A DNA stretch of 64,000 nucleotides, taken from Cyclobacteriaceae bacterium (GTDB lineage: Bacteria > Bacteroidota > Bacteroidia > Cytophagales > Cyclobacteriaceae). This document shows, in pieces, positions 57,853 through 64,000 of this stretch. The DNA lies in assembly GCA_016787565.1 (NCBI GenBank), contig JAEUUG010000004.1, positions 325,827-389,826 on the forward strand. The letters are read 5' to 3'. The notes under the pieces are model-generated. The model saw nothing but the letters and a program-made list of their open reading frames with translations, was not told the origin of the DNA and searched no databases. A program made the position numbers and the translations under genes. Position 1 is the stretch's first letter; every line of letters starts with the position of its first letter.

Positions 57853-58014
57853 TTGTTTGTGGTGGTTTGACTTTCCGTATAAAATGAAAAAGCCCGATGA
57901 AACCATCGAGCATATTTCAAGAATTAATTCAAGGTGGCACAAAAACGCCAGTTACTGATACCGATATTATTATTCGATTCTAGGAAAAGAATTTTATCGG
58001 GATGAACCATGGTA

Positions 58015-58206
58015 TCAAGCCAGAACTTCTTTTTCCATCACCACTTTACCATGGAAGTAAAGTTTGCCTTCGAGCCAAAAGGCACGGTGGGGCAGGTGAT
58101 GCTCTCCGGTTGTCGGGCAAACAGCCAATTGCTTGGCGTGAGCCTTATAATGGGTTCTTCTTTTATCTCTCCGGGTTTTCGAGGTTTTTCGTTTCGGATT
58201 TGGCAT
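58015..58206 (-). CDS. rpmF: 50S ribosomal protein L32
   Basis: It matches the bL32 consensus ([21 protein letters not shown]). The length is 63 aa. Confidence 0.9.
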   Translation of the reverse strand: MPNPKRKTSKTRRDKRRTHYKAHAKQLAVCPTTGEHHLPHRAFWLEGKLYFHGKVVMEKEVLA

Positions 58207-58219
58207 ATGCTAAAACAGT

Positions 58220-58732
58220 TTATTTTAATTTCTTTAAAATTTCCCAACGAGGATCAATCTCGTCTTTATTATCGTTTTCCGATGCTGTTTCCGAAGAGTA
58301 AATAATTCCTCCATCATATTCATCATCTTCTTGCTGAAACTTCGGATGGAGTCTTTTCATCGGGATCGACAGACCTATAAACTCGTATATATAGTGCCCG
58401 AGTTCAAGTGTAACTGTGTCCCGTTGAATCATGACAATCTCCTCCGTGATTTCTTCATCATGATCACCGTATTTAAACACAATTTTCTGGTTCGTGTCAA
58501 TTGGGTAATCAAAGGGCTCCAGGCTCCTGTCACAAATCAGTTTAACCTTGCCTTTAATATCGAAATCAGCTTCAATGAACGTTTCATGTTTATTCAAGGC
58601 AACGCTGACATGGAAAGAACCTTTTGATATAAGGTCCGAACCATATTCCCTGAAGAACTCGTCACCTAATTCGTATTCGAATTGGTGTACGTTGAGACTC
58701 AGGCCTAAAATGTTGACTCGAAAAGCTTTCAA
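58220..58732 (-). CDS. yceD: YceD/DUF177 family protein
   Basis: It is 170 aa and sits in the conserved position upstream of rpmF. The acidic C-terminus and metal-binding Cys/His pattern are typical of DUF177. Confidence 0.8.
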   Translation of the reverse strand: MKAFRVNILGLSLNVHQFEYELGDEFFREYGSDLISKGSFHVSVALNKHETFIEADFDIKGKVKLICDRSLEPFDYPIDTNQKIVFKYGDHDEEITEEIVMIQRDTVTLELGHYIYEFIGLSIPMKRLHPKFQQEDDEYDGGIIYSSETASENDNKDEIDPRWEILKKLK

Positions 58733-58880
58733 AACTTACCCTTAGGGTGTTTTAAAATTAGTCGGCAAATTTATGATAATTAATGGAATGCACAAAGAAT
58801 GGTGCTGATCCGAAAACGGGTTTGGAGTATTTTAATGTCAAGAATGTCTCAAAACCCTGTATTTGACCTTGTATTAAGGA

Positions 58881-59267
58881 TTAAACATAGTTTGTTAGGG
58901 CAACGGTTTTAAACTCGTCCCGGGTTTTGGTGCCATAATTTTCAATGAAGTAATCGATTACGCCTTTTTTGAAACCCAGTTTAATGGCGATGTTTTTACA
59001 GAATATAATCTCGCTTTCGAAAACATTCTGGTCGATGAAGACCAATTCGATGGAGGACATAAGATAGTCAAATTTCTGGTCCGCTGAAAGGGCTCCTAAC
59101 GAATCAACCGGCTCAGGATTTCGGATAAGATCGGAAACAATATCTTCTGGAAAATTCCTTTCTTTGGCGATCTTAAAGATCATCTCCCGTTCTACCTTAG
59201 CGAAGTGTTTATCGGCTTCGGCCAGTTGTATAAGTATGTTAAGTTGCTTTTTGGTGACAATATCCAT
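58881..59267 (-). CDS. hypothetical protein, possibly TerB-like
   Basis: The start was moved to MDIVTKKQL, giving about 128 aa. The helical repeat pattern, with the acidic/hydrophobic ADKHFAKVEREMIFKIA stretch, resembles TerB-family proteins. This is a weak call. Confidence 0.45.
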   Translation of the reverse strand: MDIVTKKQLNILIQLAEADKHFAKVEREMIFKIAKERNFPEDIVSDLIRNPEPVDSLGALSADQKFDYLMSSIELVFIDQNVFESEIIFCKNIAIKLGFKKGVIDYFIENYGTKTRDEFKTVALTNYV

Positions 59268-59358
59268 TTCAACTGTTACTTGAAGTTCAAATTTATACAA
59301 TAATCGATGATTTGGTTGAATGCCCGGTCGAAAGGCAAAATCACCCAACCAATAAAGC

Positions 59359-60390
59359 TTATTTTTCTGTGGACGGTTCCCTGCGATGCTTAAAGATATC
59401 GGTTGCCCGATAAATGGCCTCCCGTAAAGAGCTTTCGTCAGCTTCGTTTTTGCCTGCTATTGCATACCCGGTTCCATGATCGGGTGACGTTCTAACAACA
59501 TTTAAACCAGCCGTAAAATTGACTCCATTATCGAAAGCGATGGTTTTGAACGGAATGAGCCCCTGATCGTGGTACATGGCTAGTATGCCATCATAGCGGG
59601 TGTATTGTGATGATCCGAAAAAACCATCTGCCGGAAAGGGACCAAACACCAGCTTGCCCTTATTTTTCAACTCGTTAATGGCAGGTTTAATTATTGATTC
59701 TTCTTCCTGTCCGATTAAGCCCCCATCGCCTGCGTGTGGATTCAATCCCAGAACGGCTATACGTGGTTTAGTAATACTAAAATCTTTTTTCAGAGACTGA
59801 TCCAGTAACCGCAGTTTACTTTCAATTTTTTCTTTTGTAATTAATGGTGCAACATCTTTCAGTGCAACATGCTCCGCTACCAATCCAACTTTCAGGGCAT
59901 CACTTACCATGAACATCAAACTTTCTGAAGCGCCAAAGAACTGGGTAAGGTATTCGGTATGACCTTTAAAGGGGAACTCCTCACTATGAATGGAGTGCTT
60001 GTCAATCGGGGCTGTAACAAGCGCATCGATCAAGCCTTCCTTAAGTTCTTCACAGGCTTGTTGTAAAGCCTGGAAAGAAGCTTTACCGGATTCCCGCGAA
60101 GGTTTTCCGGGGGTTATTTCAAATACATCTTCCCAACAATTAATGACATTGATATTTTTTGGAGCGAACTGTCCTTTGCCTTTTACTTGCGTGTAACTGA
60201 ACTCTTCAATATTGTAAAGTTTTTTATAGAATGATATCACCCGTGAAGAGCCATAAATCACAGGCGTAATCATACTGAGCAAGCGGTTATCCGATAAGGC
60301 CTTCATAATTACTTCCGGTCCGACACCGTTGAAGTCTCCAATGGTAATTCCGATGCGGGGTTTCTCGTGTGGTCTGTGTGGTTGTGTCAT
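59359..60390 (-). CDS. pdxA: 4-hydroxythreonine-4-phosphate dehydrogenase
   Basis: It has PdxA family motifs (IGITIGDFNGVGPEV, GHTEYLT). The length is 343 aa. Confidence 0.9.
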   Translation of the reverse strand: MTQPHRPHEKPRIGITIGDFNGVGPEVIMKALSDNRLLSMITPVIYGSSRVISFYKKLYNIEEFSYTQVKGKGQFAPKNINVINCWEDVFEITPGKPSRESGKASFQALQQACEELKEGLIDALVTAPIDKHSIHSEEFPFKGHTEYLTQFFGASESLMFMVSDALKVGLVAEHVALKDVAPLITKEKIESKLRLLDQSLKKDFSITKPRIAVLGLNPHAGDGGLIGQEEESIIKPAINELKNKGKLVFGPFPADGFFGSSQYTRYDGILAMYHDQGLIPFKTIAFDNGVNFTAGLNVVRTSPDHGTGYAIAGKNEADESSLREAIYRATDIFKHRREPSTEK

Positions 60391-60501
60391 GAGGTGCTAA
60401 TTGATTGCGAATTAACAAAAATTAAAACACAAACTATGTAACCCTCAGTGGTAGATCGACTCATAACTTCATTCTCCTTCTTCCTTTGTACTTTTGCCGT
60501 C

Positions 60502-61308
60502 ATGCGCATTGTCAGAACAGATAAGGTCAGACCAAAGAAATCGTTGGGGCAACATTTCCTTCACGATCAGCATATTGCACAGCGCATTGTTGATGCCTTA
60601 ACATTGCGGGACCAACGGTGTGCTGTTCTAGAGATTGGCCCTGGCATGGGTGTTTTAACCAAGTACCTTATTGAAAAGGATATTCAGCTTAAGCTGGTTG
60701 AGATTGACCGCGATTCGGTGGCCTATCTGCACAAACATTATCCTGCATTGGGCAATAATCTTATAGAAGGTGATTTTCTGGAGTTGAATTCTTTAGATTT
60801 TTTCCCCAATCACTTTTCGATAATTGGAAATTTCCCGTACAATATATCATCTCAGATTTTTTTTAAGGTATTGGAAAATCGCCATCAGGTAGATCAGGTC
60901 GTGTGCATGTTGCAAAAAGAAGTGGCCGAGCGAATGGCAGCTAAGCATGGCAATAAAACCTATGGAATATTAAGTGTGTTGCTTCAGGCTTATTATTCTA
61001 TTGAGTTACTGTTTAAGGTTCCGCCCGGTGTATTCACACCGCCACCCAATGTGATGTCTGCCGTTATTCGGTTGGAGCGGAATGCCCGACAATCATTAGA
61101 GTGTGATGAACAACTTTTTGTGAGGGTAGTGAAGCAGGGTTTTAATAACCGCAGGAAGACGTTGCGCAACGCACTAAAAAATCTAAATTTGCCAGCCGAA
61201 GTGGTGGGCTTGAAGCTATTGGATCAGCGCGCTGAACAACTCTCGGTAGATGAGTTTATAAACCTCACCCGTATAATAGAAGGAAGTCGTGCAGCATCTT
61301 CACATTGA
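60502..61308 (+). CDS. rsmA: 16S rRNA (adenine1518/1519-N6)-dimethyltransferase
   Basis: It has the KsgA N-terminus (RPKKSLGQHFLHD), a SAM motif (VLEIGPGMGVLT) and the NFPYNISS motif. The start was moved to Met19. The track ORF begins at 60448 with a hydrophobic, non-conserved extension. Confidence 0.9.
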   Translation: MRIVRTDKVRPKKSLGQHFLHDQHIAQRIVDALTLRDQRCAVLEIGPGMGVLTKYLIEKDIQLKLVEIDRDSVAYLHKHYPALGNNLIEGDFLELNSLDFFPNHFSIIGNFPYNISSQIFFKVLENRHQVDQVVCMLQKEVAERMAAKHGNKTYGILSVLLQAYYSIELLFKVPPGVFTPPPNVMSAVIRLERNARQSLECDEQLFVRVVKQGFNNRRKTLRNALKNLNLPAEVVGLKLLDQRAEQLSVDEFINLTRIIEGSRAASSH

Positions 61309-62647
61309 ATTCGAATTAACTAAAGAATTTATTGATCGCTTTCAGCAGGCGCTGGATGAGCACGATCATGTATTCATAACCGAGACTCTTCAGGATGTAA
61401 AGCCTGCCGATATCACCACGTTATTATATGAATTTAACTCCGAGGAATCCAAGTATGTGATGGACATGCTTCCAATAGAGTTACAGGCTGAAATTATCAG
61501 GGATCTCGACACAGAAACACGGCAGCGTTTTTTAAAAGTTTACCTGCCCAAAGAAATTATCAATTTCCTTAATCAACTTGCTTCTGATGATGCGGCTGAT
61601 ATTCTAAATGAACTTCCAATAAAGGTCAGGGAGCAAGTGCTTTCAGGCTTGGAGACGGAACTGCGCACACAGGTTACCGAACTTCTACGGTATGAGCCAA
61701 ACGTAGCCGGTGGATTAATGGCCAAGGAGTTGATCAAGGCCTATGTTCACTGGACGGTTGTTCAATGTGTGGAGGAGATCCGCAAGCAGGCAGAGAATGT
61801 TTCGAAGTTTTATGCGGTTTATGTTGTGGATGATCAGGAGAAGCTGGTTGGCAAAGTGGCGCTGCAGGATTTAATTATTTCAGATGCGCGAAAGCGGGTG
61901 GCAGATATCAGCGAGCATGACATCGTTTCGGTTGAAACCTATATGGAAGATTCGGAAGTAGCGGAGATCATGCAGAAATATGATTTGGAATCTGTTCCGG
62001 TAGTTAATGTTCAGGGACAGTTAGTTGGCCGGATTACTATTGATGATGTGGTGGACGTAATTACTGAGCAAGCTGATGAGGAGCGTCAGATCATGGCGGG
62101 TATCAGCGAGGATGTTGAGGAAGACGACAGTGTCTGGCGCAATACCCGGGCGCGTCTTCCGTGGTTATTGATTGGAATTTTTGGTGGACTGATGAATGCC
62201 AAGTTTATGGGTTTGTTTGAAGCAGAACTCGCCCGCATCACGGCCATTGCTTTTTTTACGCCTTTGATTCAGGCTACTGGGGGTAATGTCGGAATTCAAT
62301 CTTCATCGCTTATTGTACAAAGCTTGGCGAATCCTGACTTTGTGGATGAAGGCTTGTGGAACCGCCTGGTAAAAGTGTTTTTCGTAGCAATACTCAATGG
62401 ACTCTTTCTTTCCATTCTTGTTTTTGGTGCCAACGTATTGCTTTTCCAGGAGTATGAACTATCGATGGTTGTTTCCATAGCGCTTTGCAGCGTTGTTCTT
62501 TTCGCTTCGTTTATCGGCACCCTTACACCCCTGATATTAAATCGCTTCGGGTTTAATCCGGCACTAGCCGCAGGTCCGTTTATTACTACTATAAATGACT
62601 TGCTGGGCTTAACAGTTTACTTTTTGACGGTTCACTTTTTACTTTGA
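61289..62647 (+). CDS. mgtE: magnesium transporter MgtE
   Basis: It has the MgtE_N domain, tandem CBS domains and a C-terminal 5-TM MgtE channel domain. The length is 452 aa. Confidence 0.9.
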   Translation: MQHLHIEFELTKEFIDRFQQALDEHDHVFITETLQDVKPADITTLLYEFNSEESKYVMDMLPIELQAEIIRDLDTETRQRFLKVYLPKEIINFLNQLASDDAADILNELPIKVREQVLSGLETELRTQVTELLRYEPNVAGGLMAKELIKAYVHWTVVQCVEEIRKQAENVSKFYAVYVVDDQEKLVGKVALQDLIISDARKRVADISEHDIVSVETYMEDSEVAEIMQKYDLESVPVVNVQGQLVGRITIDDVVDVITEQADEERQIMAGISEDVEEDDSVWRNTRARLPWLLIGIFGGLMNAKFMGLFEAELARITAIAFFTPLIQATGGNVGIQSSSLIVQSLANPDFVDEGLWNRLVKVFFVAILNGLFLSILVFGANVLLFQEYELSMVVSIALCSVVLFASFIGTLTPLILNRFGFNPALAAGPFITTINDLLGLTVYFLTVHFLL

Positions 62648-63591
62648 TCATGTCGATTAAGAAATGTCTGATTATTGATGCCATGCATGAAAGCTTGTTT
62701 CCCATGCTCTCGGGAATCGGATGGGAATATGATTACAAGCCACACATTACCGATGATGAAATAAAAAAAATTCACCAACACTATCAGGGGCTGATCGTAC
62801 GGAGCAAGACCATTATCAATCAGGAATTATTAGGAGAAACTCCTTCGGTTAAATTCATTGGTCGGGCAGGAGCAGGCCTCGACAACCTTGATTTGGAGTA
62901 TTTACAGGACAAGGGAATATACGTTTTGCATGCCGCAGAAGGAAACCGCGATGCTGTAGGTGAGTACACGGTAGGTTCAGTGTTGGCACTGATGCGGAAT
63001 CTTCCGAAGGCAGATCGCCAAGTAAAAGGATTGATCTGGGACCGTGAGGGAAATCGGGGTGAAGAACTGATGGGAAAAACGGTTGGCATTATTGGTTATG
63101 GTAACATGGGTCAGGCATTTGCCAAAAGACTTTCTGGTTTTGGATGTAAGGTTTTGGCGTATGATAAGTATAAAGTTGGATTTGCAAGTGAAGGCATTCG
63201 TGAAGTTCAGATGAACGAAATATACGATGAGTGTGATATCGTTAGCTTGCATATTCCGCTAACCCATGAAACTCGTGGGCTCGTTACTGAACAGTATTTC
63301 AATCAATTCAGAAAGAGAATACTCCTGATCAACACAGCACGAGGAGAAATTGTTGTATTGGCTGATGTGCTCAAAGCCTTGGATTCTGGACTTCTTCGCG
63401 GAGCTGTGTTAGATGTTTTGGAAAATGAAAAACTCGATAAGCTGACAGTCGGACAGCAACAAACATTTCATGCATTGAGTAAAAAATCGAATGTAATATT
63501 AACCCCCCACATTGCCGGCTGGACATTTGAATCGCATATAAAAATTAATGTAGCTTTGATAAACGGAATCAAGTCGCTTTCATTGCGCTAG
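62644..63591 (+). CDS. D-isomer-specific 2-hydroxyacid dehydrogenase family protein
   Basis: It has an NAD Rossmann motif (GIIGYGNMGQAFAKRL) and catalytic His/Glu/Arg motifs (TPHIAGWT). The length is 315 aa. Confidence 0.8.
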   Translation: MIMSIKKCLIIDAMHESLFPMLSGIGWEYDYKPHITDDEIKKIHQHYQGLIVRSKTIINQELLGETPSVKFIGRAGAGLDNLDLEYLQDKGIYVLHAAEGNRDAVGEYTVGSVLALMRNLPKADRQVKGLIWDREGNRGEELMGKTVGIIGYGNMGQAFAKRLSGFGCKVLAYDKYKVGFASEGIREVQMNEIYDECDIVSLHIPLTHETRGLVTEQYFNQFRKRILLINTARGEIVVLADVLKALDSGLLRGAVLDVLENEKLDKLTVGQQQTFHALSKKSNVILTPHIAGWTFESHIKINVALINGIKSLSLR

Positions 63592-63636
63592 CAGACTTAA
63601 ATTCTTAACTTCAATTTCATTAATTCAAACCTCACT

Positions 63637-64000
63637 ATGGGTTTTTTACAGAAGCGTATCAAGAAGTGGAACGAGTTTTATAACTCCGTTATTGAAAAGC
63701 CTCTGTTAACCTCTGCCATTGTTTTGTTGGTTGTGACGATCCTCGTTTTAGGCCTGAGTCTTCGTTACTACCTTCGCGATTTTGATACCTTTATTCAGCA
63801 GGTGCTGGCCGAAGCACACGGAATGATCTTCGATATTGCTGTGATTGGTATTCTCCTCGTCTGGTTAAATCAAAATGGAGAGAAGCGCCAACGCATTCGC
63901 ACCTACAAAGATGAGATTGACGATTTTCGATTGTGGGAATCAGAAGAAGCAGCCTTTCGGACAGTGGGTAACATTAAGCGCTTAAATCGCCATGGTATTC
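63637..64000 (+). CDS. hypothetical membrane protein (partial, continues beyond window end)
   Basis: The reading frame is open from ATG to the window end. Two hydrophobic helices are present (SAIVLLVVTILVLGL and IFDIAVIGILLVWL). Confidence 0.45.
   Translation, partial: MGFLQKRIKKWNEFYNSVIEKPLLTSAIVLLVVTILVLGLSLRYYLRDFDTFIQQVLAEAHGMIFDIAVIGILLVWLNQNGEKRQRIRTYKDEIDDFRLWESEEAAFRTVGNIKRLNRHGI

Noticed and set aside
56854-57942. N-terminal 30-codon extensions on fabH, and similar extensions on uvrD, the DUF4290 gene, ksgA and the FAD oxidase gene
   Set aside because: The conserved family N-termini begin at internal Met codons. The extensions are unconserved and hydrophobic or odd in composition, so they are most likely upstream in-frame read-through in the ORF track.
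1-64000. CRISPR arrays, direct or inverted repeat families, IS elements, integrases
   Set aside because: I saw no repeated spacer-repeat periodicity, no transposase or integrase-like ORFs, and no large non-coding stretch. The window reads as core chromosome.

Overview
This 64-kb window looks like densely packed core chromosome of a member of the phylum Bacteroidota, at roughly 45% GC. The assignment to Bacteroidota rests on a fused lpxC-fabZ gene, a PorX-type response regulator, a cargo protein with a type IX secretion system (T9SS) type-B C-terminal domain, and DUF4290 and DUF3109 genes. I find no rRNA, tRNA, CRISPR array, transposase, integrase or prophage signature. Almost every gap between genes is shorter than 200 bp.

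Recognisable housekeeping blocks:
- mutS2
- lpxD, lpxC/fabZ and lpxA (lipid A synthesis)
- an HD phosphohydrolase
- porX, tsaE and an alanine dehydrogenase
- valS
- a NOL1/NOP2/Sun rRNA m5C methyltransferase
- fumarylacetoacetase and a flavin reductase
- pyruvate dehydrogenase E1 beta
- a YbaB homologue
- hisS and histidine ammonia-lyase
- an NfeD/flotillin pair
- xth, murA and a UvrD/PcrA helicase
- a TldD/PmbA pair
- the operon yceD, rpmF, fabH, efp, accB, accC
- pdxA, ksgA, mgtE and a 2-hydroxyacid dehydrogenase

The least understood content falls in three places:
- A six-gene same-strand operon at 41574-49448. Reading in the direction of transcription it encodes a DUF4159-like protein, a MoxR AAA+ ATPase, a DUF58 (vWA-like) protein, a BatA_N double-TM anchored protein, a 748-aa membrane protein with a His/acid-rich stretch, and a 591-aa membrane protein. 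It resembles the Bacteroides aerotolerance (Bat) operon but lacks the BatA/BatB vWA-TPR proteins.
- A second DUF58 gene at the left edge of the window with no MoxR partner.
- A divergent pair next to uvrD: an RsmD-like SAM-methyltransferase-fold protein with a degenerate motif IV, and a Cys-rich DUF3109 protein.

None of these can be assigned a function from sequence alone. I found no confident signature of a known defence or mobile system. Coordinates come from the supplied ORF track; where I moved a start codon, the evidence field says so.
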